DNA of 64,000 nt from Patescibacteria group bacterium (GTDB lineage: Bacteria; Patescibacteriota; Microgenomatia; UBA12405), in contig JBBTXE010000001.1 of the NCBI GenBank assembly GCA_038062455.1, positions 381,760-445,759 on the forward strand, read 5' to 3'. The notes beneath the pieces are model-generated. The model was given only the letters and a program-made list of their open reading frames with translations, searched no databases and was not told the DNA's origin. The translations under genes and the position numbers were made by a program. The first letter of the stretch is position 1, and every line of letters starts with the position of its first letter. This document shows positions 25,206-34,741 of the stretch, piece after piece.

Positions 25206-26390
25206 ATGAAATTGGAGACATATCGGATAAACGATGAAGTTTATTTAGTTGAAGGACGTCGGCGAGCAGCCGTTTATGATTTGGAGTCGGGTAGCGTATT
25301 TTCGATAAATGACAGTGCTAAAAGAATAATTCTCGAACAAAGGAAGGGTGATCAATTTTATTCTGATTTGGTTGGATGTGGCTTAGCGAATCCCGAATTA
25401 ACCCCGGACGTGTCGATGGTGGATAGTGACCAAAAACCACACTTATCTTTTTTGTGGTGCGAAGTAACCAAAAGATGTAATTTAAAGTGCGTTCATTGCT
25501 ATAACGGTGATATAAAAGAACATGATGATTTTGAACCTAACTTAGATGGATTATTTAAAAGAATCTATGAAGGTTTGAGAGTAGGGGCTGATAAGATTCA
25601 ATTTATCGGCGGTGAGCCTTTTACAATAAGTTCAATTCTTGATATGGCGGAGTTTGCAGTAAAAAGTGGTTATTCCTTTGTTGAGATATTTACAAATGCT
25701 ACAAAAATTAGCCAGAAAGATATATATCGAATAAAGGAACTGGGTTTAAATATAGCTATTTCCCTTTATTCTGATGTTGCCGAAATTCATGACAAAGTGA
25801 CCCAAGTTCCTGGTAGTTTCAGTCGGACGAGAAGGACTATGGATAAGTTAAAAGAAGCAAAAATCCCAACCCGCGTAGGGGTTGTGGTTATGAGGATTAA
25901 TCAAGACACAATTGGGGGGACTTTAGAAATGATTAAACAGTTTGGTTTTGAGGGTGGCGACAATGTAGATATTGTTAGATTGGTTGGGAGATCGTCAAAA
26001 TCATTACTGCCAAAAAGAGAAATTATTACAAAATACGGAGTGAGTTTAAAACCTTCTTTTACGACAAGTAGAGAAGAGTTTCAAAATAATCGGAAATTTA
26101 ATCCATGTTGGGGGGGGAAAGTTGCAGTTAGAGCTGATTTGGCTATTACTCCGTGCATAATGGACAAAACTTTATTAGCAGAAAGTGGTGTTCCTATGGC
26201 AGAATGTTTGGAATCAGAGAAATTAGAAAGTTTTTGGGGAATTACAAAAGATAAGATTAATGGATGCAACGGATGTGAGTATCGTTATGCTTGTGGTGAT
26301 TGCCGGGTAGTTGCTAAGGCCGAAACTGGATCTTATTATGGAAAAACATCAAGATGTTCATATAATCCAAATACAGGTCAATGGTGTTAA
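25206..26390 (+). CDS. radical SAM / SPASM-domain peptide-modifying enzyme with an N-terminal RRE (PqqD-like) region
   Basis: CNLKCVHC is the Cx3Cx2C radical-SAM cluster motif. The C-terminal Cys-rich SPASM region reads CWGGK...PC...CNGCEYRYACGDCRV...SRCSYNP. The first ~85 aa (VYLVEGRRRAAVYDLESGSVFSINDSAKRII) resemble RiPP recognition elements. Confidence 0.75.
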   Translation: MKLETYRINDEVYLVEGRRRAAVYDLESGSVFSINDSAKRIILEQRKGDQFYSDLVGCGLANPELTPDVSMVDSDQKPHLSFLWCEVTKRCNLKCVHCYNGDIKEHDDFEPNLDGLFKRIYEGLRVGADKIQFIGGEPFTISSILDMAEFAVKSGYSFVEIFTNATKISQKDIYRIKELGLNIAISLYSDVAEIHDKVTQVPGSFSRTRRTMDKLKEAKIPTRVGVVVMRINQDTIGGTLEMIKQFGFEGGDNVDIVRLVGRSSKSLLPKREIITKYGVSLKPSFTTSREEFQNNRKFNPCWGGKVAVRADLAITPCIMDKTLLAESGVPMAECLESEKLESFWGITKDKINGCNGCEYRYACGDCRVVAKAETGSYYGKTSRCSYNPNTGQWC

Positions 26391-26404
26391 TAATTTAAAT
26401 ATAT

Positions 26405-26599
26405 ATGCTAAAACAAGAAAAGAAAAAAACAGAACCTGGTGAAAAACCAGAAATAATACTGGTGAGTCCACGAGTGACTTTTGATGAAACTGGACATTCT
26501 ATGAACCCAACATGTCCTCCGGATTGTATGCCATATTGTGGGCCTTACTGTAAGCCAAATTGTAGACCGGCAACTTATTGTCGACCGGTGGGTAATTAA
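26405..26599 (+). CDS. candidate RiPP precursor peptide (64 aa): Lys/Glu-rich leader + Cys/Pro-repeat core
   Basis: MLKQEKKKTEPGEKPEIILVSPRVTFDETGHSMNPT|CPPDCMPYCGPYCKPNCRPATYCRPVGN. Five Cys sit at a regular i+4 spacing, each followed by Pro, and a sixth follows. The gene lies directly downstream of the rSAM/SPASM gene. Confidence 0.5.
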   Translation: MLKQEKKKTEPGEKPEIILVSPRVTFDETGHSMNPTCPPDCMPYCGPYCKPNCRPATYCRPVGN

Positions 26600-27382
26600 A
26601 TGATTTGGAAATATTACGGAACCATTAGAGATTTTGATCTGATAGAAAAATCTTTGAACTTAGTCTGGGACGAAAAACTAGACACTTTTTTTACCAACAA
26701 AAAACTGATCTCTGAAGTTAATGTGATTTCTTTTGACTCGGAATATTTATATTTATGGGTAAGAAATAAAAACATTTGGGAAAGAAACAAAATACCACAT
26801 AAACTAAAATTTTCAGAGTATGACCGAAAAGGTTGGAGCGCCTGGTCTGATCCTGAGGTAATCAGTTATTTGCCGCCTAGTTTGCGGTGGAATTATTCCA
26901 TTATTGGAAGTTTGCCGACTGTTTTTATAAATACACAGAAAAAAATAAAAAACAGTATTTATAATACTGAAGATAGTTTTACGGCGACAATTATCCATGA
27001 ATTTGCCCACATTTATTGTCGGAGTTACTGGGATGAATTTAGAACAAATAAGTTTAAGGTGGTTAGTTTTTTAAAAGGAAAATCTAAAATAGGTGAAATT
27101 GAGCCGCCCCCGTCGCATTTGGAGGAGGTATTCGCTTTTTGTGTTGAACATGAGGTTTCAAAGAAAATATTTCCCCGACATGCGATAAATATAGATAACA
27201 GTGATAAAAAATATCTTGAGAAAATTTTAAAACAAGAAAAAATGAGGAGTATTAAACAAGCATCAGTTTTTGCCCATGACAATGCCAATCACATTATTGC
27301 AATGGTGTTGGGAAGGAAATTAATAAAAGAATATCCAACTGATTGGGGAGAAAAAATTTTGAATTTAAAATATTGCTTTTAG
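26600..27382 (+). CDS. HExxH-motif protein (putative zinc metallopeptidase / leader peptidase candidate)
   Basis: TATIIHEFAHIY contains HEFAH. The gene start abuts the precursor stop (TAAATG). No other family assignment is possible by eye. Confidence 0.35.
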   Translation: MIWKYYGTIRDFDLIEKSLNLVWDEKLDTFFTNKKLISEVNVISFDSEYLYLWVRNKNIWERNKIPHKLKFSEYDRKGWSAWSDPEVISYLPPSLRWNYSIIGSLPTVFINTQKKIKNSIYNTEDSFTATIIHEFAHIYCRSYWDEFRTNKFKVVSFLKGKSKIGEIEPPPSHLEEVFAFCVEHEVSKKIFPRHAINIDNSDKKYLEKILKQEKMRSIKQASVFAHDNANHIIAMVLGRKLIKEYPTDWGEKILNLKYCF

Positions 27383-27393
27383 TCGAACCGAAC

Positions 27394-28173
27394 CTAGTCG
27401 CTTAACACCGACCCCTCGGCCACCACTCCGGTTAATAAAAACGACGGCACCGAATAACGCTTTCGAATCACAATACTTTTTTCCACCCTGGTTGCCTCCG
27501 CCCCGGCCTCCGCCCCTCCTGCCCTACCTATCGAAGTTATGTCAGTCCCTTGGGATACAAAAGAAGTTCCGGGAAGCCCTAAAGCATAAAATTTCCCCCC
27601 GTTAACCACCGGCGTTACTGCGATTAATAATGGCGAGGGTGGTGTCGCCACAGTTCTGCAACCACCGCCGCCAAAATCAAGCAAATCCCGTCTTAGTTTG
27701 AAATTAACTCCGCTTTTGTAAAAATAATCAATTGTCGCCGATCCGGTAAAACCCACTCCGCAAACACTGACACTGGCGCCGCTATAATAGGTTGTCCCGA
27801 TGTTACCATTGGCATCATGATTTACCAGCCAAAAAAATTCAACTCCTCCCTTGGGGGTATATTCCCCAAAGTCAATTCGGGTACTGCCGACACTTATTTC
27901 CGTCGCCCTAATGTCCGCTGTCGACACCTGGTCCGGAGATGCATAACCTGTTCCCCCTGTCCCTAAATAATAATCTACTCCCGATTCAGCCGCATTAAAG
28001 GCTTTTTTCAAAAGTTCATCGTTGATGTCAATTTTCGTTTCCACTACCGCTCTTTTGGCCATTGATAATCCCATGGTCAGCATCACCGCCGAAACTAGCA
28101 ACACAATAATTGCCACCTGCCCCCTTTTAGGGGAATTATCAACACTCAATAACCAATTATCAATCAATTTCAT
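27394..28173 (-). CDS. hypothetical exported Gly-rich protein
   Basis: N-terminal TM/signal segment (VAIIVLLVSAVMLTMGL) and a Gly-rich body. Confidence 0.3.
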   Translation of the reverse strand: MKLIDNWLLSVDNSPKRGQVAIIVLLVSAVMLTMGLSMAKRAVVETKIDINDELLKKAFNAAESGVDYYLGTGGTGYASPDQVSTADIRATEISVGSTRIDFGEYTPKGGVEFFWLVNHDANGNIGTTYYSGASVSVCGVGFTGSATIDYFYKSGVNFKLRRDLLDFGGGGCRTVATPPSPLLIAVTPVVNGGKFYALGLPGTSFVSQGTDITSIGRAGGAEAGAEATRVEKSIVIRKRYSVPSFLLTGVVAEGSVLSD

Positions 28174-28178
28174 AATGT

Positions 28179-28529
28179 CTAAATTTTCAATTTTGAACTC
28201 CTAATTATTTTAGAGAAAATCAAAAGTATTTGCTTTGTTTCACTATACACCTCCCGTATCTTCTCTTTACTATCATTTTCAGCTCTTGCCAATAGTCTCA
28301 ACCAATGCAATGTCTCTTTTATTTCTTTTCTGGCAATACCCATTTTATGAATAAAATCTTTCTTGCTTTCTGATTCTGTCGCCTCACAATAATTTGCCCC
28401 AATTGATCCAGTAGAACCAACTAACTGATTAATTATTCTCGAATTTATCGGGCTCAATTTCATTGTTTTTACCAAATCAATCACCGTCTCTCCCAATTTT
28501 GCCGTCCGTTCTTCCAAGTCAAATTCCAT
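28179..28529 (-). CDS. four-helix-bundle protein (23S rRNA intervening-sequence protein family)
   Basis: The sequence is IGANYCEATESESKKDFIHKMGIARKEIKETLHWLRL. It closely parallels the paralog at 46948-47313 (NIAEGFSRRS..EKKQFYYLSLGSLTEVQNQM). Confidence 0.6.
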   Translation of the reverse strand: MEFDLEERTAKLGETVIDLVKTMKLSPINSRIINQLVGSTGSIGANYCEATESESKKDFIHKMGIARKEIKETLHWLRLLARAENDSKEKIREVYSETKQILLIFSKIIRSSKLKI

Positions 28530-28606
28530 TCTTATTAATTGAAAATTGATAATTGGGATTTGATAATTTCATTGAGTGTTGAGTGTTGATCATTGATCAT
28601 TTGTGC

Positions 28607-30886
28607 TTAATATTCTCTCCACCCCGATAATAATTTAGTTAATTTTCCCGGCATATTAAAAATAAAATCCGGCCGATACTTGACCGCCACTGCCGGACTG
28701 GCATTATTATCTTCCTTAACCGTATAACTCCTGTTTATCCTCACATTCTTCTCCTTCACTGAATATAAAATCCCATTTACCACTAGCTGCGTATTACTGT
28801 TTCCACCGATGTTTATCCCTCCGTCAGCCACATAAATTCCATCCAGCTGATTAACTCCGGCCTCAACCGTAATACCACCGCTGACTATCACCATCAAAAA
28901 CTTTCCCGCCGGTACTGCCACATTACTGCTGACGGTTAAACCTCCATCAACAAACACTACTCCGGTACTGCCGGCCCCGGCAATACTGGTATTGGTTACC
29001 CCTTGGCCATGATTTAGAAAATACCGGCTATATAAATACTGATAATTATAACCCTCATCCGCCACAATATTGTCGACAATCCGCCAATTATTAGGCCAGC
29101 CATATTGAGACGCATCATTCCAGCCATTGGTATTATAGTAAGTTGTCGAGGCCACGACACTATTATTTGACCCTCCGATTCCGGCATTATCTATTGTCAG
29201 AGTCGACGATGCCGTTACCGGCACTCCGCTTCTGATTCCGCTTCGCGCCTTCACTCCGCCGCCCCAAACCTGAAACCAGTTTTCCTGATCCCGGATAAAA
29301 GAAAAATCAATTCGACTGGATTCATTGGTGGAATAGGCCGATACTTTACTGCTAACGCTAAACTGACTGCTGCCGGGACAATAGGTGGTGCCAACGCCAA
29401 GATCAATCCATCGGGTAAAACGGCCGCTGCCGCTGATATCCCCATCGGGATTGGCCACATTCCCGCCATTAAAAATCGGCAAATAACTTTGACTCCAGAT
29501 CAAATCGCCGCCGCTAAAACTGGCCGGTGTCGACACATTCACCGTCACGTCATTACCCCCGGACATATTGGTAAAAATCAAAGAATTAAAATTCAGATTA
29601 CTGCCGGCCGTCACTGTAAATCCGGTATTATTGCAGGCCTGTCCCGCCGATCCGTCATAAAGTTTTCCCGACACCGGCACTAAACAATCCCACACTTTCC
29701 AGGAATAGATACTATCCACCCACCCCGAACTGGAATAGATGTCTTCAGCTAAAAATGCCAAAGGGTAAGTCGAAGCGCTATTATTCCCACTGCTAAAATC
29801 AACCGTCACACTGGCCGTCAACCCAACCCCCGCGCTGGTACCCAAACTTAGGTTATAAATATTTCCATTCCACCTCATTTGGACTGTTTGAATTTGGTCA
29901 GCTCCGTCATCGTCAGTCACCCTCGCCTCAAAACGAACCCGGCGGGGCAGGGGATCACTATAAAAAACCGGCTTGCATATTTGATTCCGATTCCCCGCGT
30001 CCCAGGACACTACCGTTCCGCTTGAGTTTTTCAAAACCACGATACTTACCGAAGGAATACTATTCAGCCTAAAATACCCCCGACTCGACCAACCACCAAT
30101 ATCTGTCCCGCAAGTGGTGTTCACCGCCCTCACCCGCCAGGAATACGCGCTTCCCATAATTAACGAACCGGTTCTGATTGATGTCGAAGTAGTTGTTCCC
30201 GTCCAGGCCACACTATTGCCGGCGTCCAATACTTGAGCCTCATAATAATCGGTCAACGCCGGCACGCTATTCCACACCAACGTCGCCGTCGTTCCCGGTG
30301 AAACCACTACCGGATTCGCTAAAGTCCCAATCGGCGACACAATTGCCGGCGCCGCCGGCGCCCCATTATCGGCATTGCTGCAATTTCCCCCACAATCCAA
30401 CGCCTGCCCGCACCTTGGGCTACAAACCACACATTCCTTGCAAGCCACAGTATTCGTCCAACTTAATACGTTGTCACACAAGGTCGAACAAGTACAACTT
30501 TCTGTAGTGCTACCGCAGTTCTGGCTGCAGGAAATAGTTGAATTTATACACACCGCATCATCGCAGGTCCAACACCCTGAAGTTGCAAAAGTATATTCCG
30601 CCCCACAAGCGAGTTGGGTACAAGTATCACTACACTTTGAAATACACCTACTAAGATGACAACAACCGCCGTTACATTCTGCCCAAAAAGCACACACAGA
30701 AGTCCCACTCTGAGTAGTGCTTATCGTTATACATTGAGAAGTCAACGGGTTCCATGTGCAAGTGACGGACGTACTTTCAAAGGGTCCACTACCATTACAC
30801 CGCAATGTGGCAAAACTCGGAATCCGAACCCAACCAAAAAGCCAAATCAGGATCAATAATATCAACCAAAAACACCGCTTAGTCAT
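28607..30886 (-). CDS. large secreted Cys-rich surface protein (signal peptide, ~40-Cys N-terminal module, beta-helix-like Gly/Asn/Ser-rich C-terminus)
   Basis: 759 aa. N-terminal signal helix. Residues ~30-170 are packed with Cys (CxxC / CC pairs). Confidence 0.4.
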   Translation of the reverse strand: MTKRCFWLILLILIWLFGWVRIPSFATLRCNGSGPFESTSVTCTWNPLTSQCITISTTQSGTSVCAFWAECNGGCCHLSRCISKCSDTCTQLACGAEYTFATSGCWTCDDAVCINSTISCSQNCGSTTESCTCSTLCDNVLSWTNTVACKECVVCSPRCGQALDCGGNCSNADNGAPAAPAIVSPIGTLANPVVVSPGTTATLVWNSVPALTDYYEAQVLDAGNSVAWTGTTTSTSIRTGSLIMGSAYSWRVRAVNTTCGTDIGGWSSRGYFRLNSIPSVSIVVLKNSSGTVVSWDAGNRNQICKPVFYSDPLPRRVRFEARVTDDDGADQIQTVQMRWNGNIYNLSLGTSAGVGLTASVTVDFSSGNNSASTYPLAFLAEDIYSSSGWVDSIYSWKVWDCLVPVSGKLYDGSAGQACNNTGFTVTAGSNLNFNSLIFTNMSGGNDVTVNVSTPASFSGGDLIWSQSYLPIFNGGNVANPDGDISGSGRFTRWIDLGVGTTYCPGSSQFSVSSKVSAYSTNESSRIDFSFIRDQENWFQVWGGGVKARSGIRSGVPVTASSTLTIDNAGIGGSNNSVVASTTYYNTNGWNDASQYGWPNNWRIVDNIVADEGYNYQYLYSRYFLNHGQGVTNTSIAGAGSTGVVFVDGGLTVSSNVAVPAGKFLMVIVSGGITVEAGVNQLDGIYVADGGINIGGNSNTQLVVNGILYSVKEKNVRINRSYTVKEDNNASPAVAVKYRPDFIFNMPGKLTKLLSGWREY

Positions 30887-30922
30887 CCACCCAGTCTATA
30901 CAATAAACTATCCCAAATCAAA

Positions 30923-33022
30923 CTACTTTCCTAAGGAGAAAGTTGCCCCGCCATGAAAAAAGTTAAATGACACAAAATCCGAAACGAAATAATTTTCATT
31001 TGAAGAAATATCAGGTATCACCTCTGCAATTTTTTCGGCTATAATATTCCTTCCGTAATAATCCAAAAAAAGTTGCGTCAAATTTCCATTTCTTATCTCA
31101 CCTCCATCCGTGTACAACAAAGCATTAAAACATTTATTTAGTGGGGTAATGTGTGTGTGCATCCATCGGATTTGCGAATCGCTAGATCCATATATTAATC
31201 CAAAAACAACTATTTTCCCCTCGTTTTCTGCCAGCTTGCCCTGCAATTGATCAAACGACACCAACTCGCTCTGAAGAGATCCGGGCACATAAGTAGTGCT
31301 CCTTGACGAAGAAGTCATTGCTATTGAGGTAAAACTGGCGTCATTTATGCCCTCATAACCGGTAACCACCGGCAGTACCACCCTATTCCCGCCGATTTCC
31401 ACTCCAAAAAAGGAAATGGTAACCCGTGTTTCAGCATCATAATTTACCTGCCGCCCGCCAAGATAAATCCCCTGCCAAGAACTGTGTAAAGATGTACCGA
31501 TCAAAGAATCACCGGACCGATATTCACTAGTTCCTACTTGCATCAAACCCAAAGTGCGATCCCTTACTCCCATCTTTTCAGCCAATGAATGTCCATCAAT
31601 ACCAATTGGAAAGATATACGTTGATTCATTATATGTCTGGTCAGGAATAAAAGCGTTTTGATTCACCCAATCCCGATACTCCCGCTCCGGCATATTTAAA
31701 AAAGCTTCCGCATTTTGTTCAATCTTCACCATTTCCGTTAGATCAGCGGCCACCTTATATTCCCCATCCGTTATCTTTCCTGTCTTCGGGTCCACGTATC
31801 TTAAGGCCCTACCGGTATTTTTGTCCGCCACTTGATAGACCAGTTGACTCCCTTCCCCCACGGTAGTTAGCTCTTCGTTTGGTCCAACGGTGACAAAAAG
31901 CGGCCGATCTCCAACCGGATCCTCCTGCCCCTCGGTTGGTAATTGTCTTAAACCACCGTTTACTAAATCCAGTGGCGGGCACAATAATTGCCCCGCATAA
32001 TTTCCTTTGCCTTTGGTATCCACACAAACCACATTTGCTCCACTTCCGGGCAATGGAACTTTGGCCAAACTATTCCCCGGCCCGCCAATTTCCTGCTGCT
32101 GCACCACCATCATTTTTGCCCATAAATTGACCCAATTAGCAATATCCTTTTCTCCTCGACTATAATCACCGCTATCATATTTCGTTTGAGTTTCCGGATC
32201 AGTTATTGTCGGATTAAGATCAATCGGCGGTGCCCCGTATTCCGATGTCACTGCTGGAGCCACCATTGTCTCCGTTACCGACACCGCAGTTGAAATTCCG
32301 CCTGGCACCGGAGCCGTCTCCGACGGCAAAATTAGCGGCTGGACCCTGGTACAAGCAACTTCAGTTGCTCCAACCAACAAAGTAATCCCCGTCACCGCTG
32401 CAAAAGCCTTTCCAAGTTTACCACTTGAAAGACGATCCATGGCCCTGTCGAAGGGAAGCTCTGGTCCTGTTGGTGATACTCCCCAATATTCATCTCTCTT
32501 TTTTATTCTATCGCCTTTTTTTATTTTACTTTGCTCTGGATGCAAAACATCAACTTTTATTTCCTCTATTCCCCGGCATCTTAATTTCCACCAGCCGTTT
32601 TCAATCTTATCCACCAAAGCAAAATATTCTCTTTTCCCACCGGTCAATCCATACCCTAAATTTACCACTTCATCAGTCCCATTCACCCTTCTTTTAAGTC
32701 TTTGTATCTCCAGTCTATGCTCATCAACCAATGCCTTTCTTGCCACTGCGTCAAACCACTCCACCACCCCTTTTTTTTCTTCCCGATAACTACCAAAACC
32801 CAACCTTCCGTTGCTTTTTACCCACCGCCCCAACTTTGTTTTTATCTCATCGCCTCTATCGCCGCCCATTAAATCCATTAAAGCATTACCCACTGTCTGC
32901 GAAGGTGACATTCCCGGAAATTCCCTGGTGCTTACCCGCTCAGGACAAATAGGTTTGACAACCACCGGTTTCTCTTGACCAAATGCCCAATATGGAAACT
33001 CTCTTCTTCTTTCCTGTTTCAT
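30923..33022 (-). CDS. hypothetical large single-pass membrane protein (cytoplasmic N-terminal ~200 aa, TM helix, extracellular C-terminal domain)
   Basis: 699-aa ORF. The TM helix is AFAAVTGITLLVGATEVA. No recognisable catalytic motif. Confidence 0.35.
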   Translation of the reverse strand: MKQERRREFPYWAFGQEKPVVVKPICPERVSTREFPGMSPSQTVGNALMDLMGGDRGDEIKTKLGRWVKSNGRLGFGSYREEKKGVVEWFDAVARKALVDEHRLEIQRLKRRVNGTDEVVNLGYGLTGGKREYFALVDKIENGWWKLRCRGIEEIKVDVLHPEQSKIKKGDRIKKRDEYWGVSPTGPELPFDRAMDRLSSGKLGKAFAAVTGITLLVGATEVACTRVQPLILPSETAPVPGGISTAVSVTETMVAPAVTSEYGAPPIDLNPTITDPETQTKYDSGDYSRGEKDIANWVNLWAKMMVVQQQEIGGPGNSLAKVPLPGSGANVVCVDTKGKGNYAGQLLCPPLDLVNGGLRQLPTEGQEDPVGDRPLFVTVGPNEELTTVGEGSQLVYQVADKNTGRALRYVDPKTGKITDGEYKVAADLTEMVKIEQNAEAFLNMPEREYRDWVNQNAFIPDQTYNESTYIFPIGIDGHSLAEKMGVRDRTLGLMQVGTSEYRSGDSLIGTSLHSSWQGIYLGGRQVNYDAETRVTISFFGVEIGGNRVVLPVVTGYEGINDASFTSIAMTSSSRSTTYVPGSLQSELVSFDQLQGKLAENEGKIVVFGLIYGSSDSQIRWMHTHITPLNKCFNALLYTDGGEIRNGNLTQLFLDYYGRNIIAEKIAEVIPDISSNENYFVSDFVSFNFFHGGATFSLGK

Positions 33023-33096
33023 ATTAACTTCTGATTTGCCATTTACCCTATAATATTAAGAAATTATACCACCACTGTGGGTATTTTCAACTACCT

Positions 33097-33133
33097 AAAA
33101 TCCTATAGAAAAATATACATACTCAATACCTAT
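33097..33133. repeat. conserved 37-bp inter-module motif (copy 4): aaaatcctatagaaaaatatacatactcaatacctat
   Basis: Near-identical copies at 34742, 36163 and 37778, always just past the 3' end of a nucleotidyltransferase (AbiEii-like) gene. Confidence 0.7.
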
Positions 33134-33187
33134 ATTTCCCGAAACCGAACCGCTCAATAGTCTCATATGTATCGTAACCTACTCCGT

Positions 33188-33938
33188 CTATTTCCTAATT
33201 TCGGCAAAATTTAACCCTGACAGATAACTATCAATTTCTTCGTCATTCAAGCCTTCGGAAAAGTAAATTGATTGAAGCTCATTTTGCTTGTCACCCTTCG
33301 CTAATCGCCAATTACTTTTGATATTCCGGGAACTAACCGGTTTCCTGATTTCTTTCTTTTTAACCAACCTAATCACTTCGTCCAAATCTATCGCCAGTTT
33401 CTTATTGATCATTGAAAAATCGTAAAAATCACGGTATCTAACTCTGTCATTCATAGCCCGAATTTTTTCGGCTACAATTTCAGCAATATCCATAACCATC
33501 ACTTTGGCTTCCACCCCATATTGATTGTGATAAATCATTTCCCTGGGAGGCAAAACAACATTCTGAAGAAAATCAATTTCTACCTTAAGTGAATTTGGCT
33601 GGGCCAGGGGACCGGTATACAACAATCTTTCAATTTTATAGGTAGCATCAGAAACATAGAACCGACTTCACCTCCTCAAGATCAATTCCCGCCCGATTAG
33701 TCGAAAAGTCCAAATCTTCTGAAAACCTAAACTGCGGCAAATAGGTGTGATACAAAGCGGTACCACCCTTAAATATTAACTTTGTTTTTAACACTGAACC
33801 ATAGATTATCTTACACACCAGTGCCAAAAAATAATCCTTTTCGGCGATAGCTAAAGGATACTTAAGTTGACGGTTAAGAAGAGTTAAGGTAACTTTATCC
33901 AATAATTCGATTATCATAGTAAATTCGCCACTTAGCAT
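33188..33938 (-). pseudogene. AbiEii-like nucleotidyltransferase toxin, split by a frameshift into 96-aa and 145-aa ORFs
   Basis: The N-terminal fragment has FKGGTALYHTY...RFSEDLDFS. The C-terminal fragment aligns with the C-terminus of the intact paralog at 34790-35509. The frames differ across 33625-33648. Confidence 0.5.
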
Positions 33939-34668
33939 TAAATGTCTTTGATTCCTTCGTGAATCGGGATAAGCCTTTATTTTCCGCCAATATTCGGTAA
34001 AGCCCTTGGGTATTTACCCCCAACTGATCGAGAAAAAAACCAATTTTGCGTCTGATCGTCATATCAGATCTTAAAGCATAATTCTGTAACTTATTTAAAT
34101 CCAAACTTTCCTGATACTCTCTTAATTTTTCAAAAACTACACTGGCCGAAGTATAACTCTTATCCAGATATAGATAATCAATCAAAGCTTTTTCAACATC
34201 GGCAATTCTTACTATTTTTCCGGCCTCTATCTTTTGGGAAAAACCAAAAAACATATTCTCTTTAACTTTGGCAAATTTAAAGACAAAATCATCAAAAATG
34301 TATTTCTTGGAATCGGCAGTAGTCACTGACACAATAGTCTTAGAATATTGGTCAAACATATGATAATAATTAAGAGCATAGGAAAGACTAATATAAGAAC
34401 TCTTATTTAAAGCATTGGCGATAAGCATTAGCGAATTATCGTTTTGGAAACGAGAGCTTAAGTTTTCAATAACCAGATATAATCCCCGCTTAATTCGTTT
34501 CAACCAACCGGCCTTGGTTAGTTTTTGGATACGATTATGAGCCGACAAATTTGAATACTCAATTCTAAAAATAGTCATTAGATCATCAATACCCACAATT
34601 CGGCCGTATTTTAGGATTATCTGCTCGATTAAGTTAGTATCCTTTTCGGTTAAAATTGTAGTTTTCAT
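33895..34668 (-). CDS. AbiEi-like antitoxin / transcriptional regulator (wHTH N-terminus)
   Basis: KLTKAGWLKRIKRGLYLV is the AbiEi-type 'RGLY' wHTH motif. It is paired with the downstream nucleotidyltransferase gene. Confidence 0.5.
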   Translation of the reverse strand: MKTTILTEKDTNLIEQIILKYGRIVGIDDLMTIFRIEYSNLSAHNRIQKLTKAGWLKRIKRGLYLVIENLSSRFQNDNSLMLIANALNKSSYISLSYALNYYHMFDQYSKTIVSVTTADSKKYIFDDFVFKFAKVKENMFFGFSQKIEAGKIVRIADVEKALIDYLYLDKSYTSASVVFEKLREYQESLDLNKLQNYALRSDMTIRRKIGFFLDQLGVNTQGLYRILAENKGLSRFTKESKTFNAKWRIYYDNRIIG

Positions 34669-34741
34669 GGGTAAATATACACCTTTATTGATATATAACT
34701 GTAACTATTATATACAATATTGTCAAGAAAGAACAGATTCT

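Noticed and set aside
28530-28606. Direct repeats gagtgttgagtgttga / tgatcattgatcatt and a shared ttgataattg motif (also at 40392-40430) as a regulatory element
   Set aside because: There are only two loose occurrences, both in AT-rich spacers, which is insufficient to separate from background low-complexity sequence.
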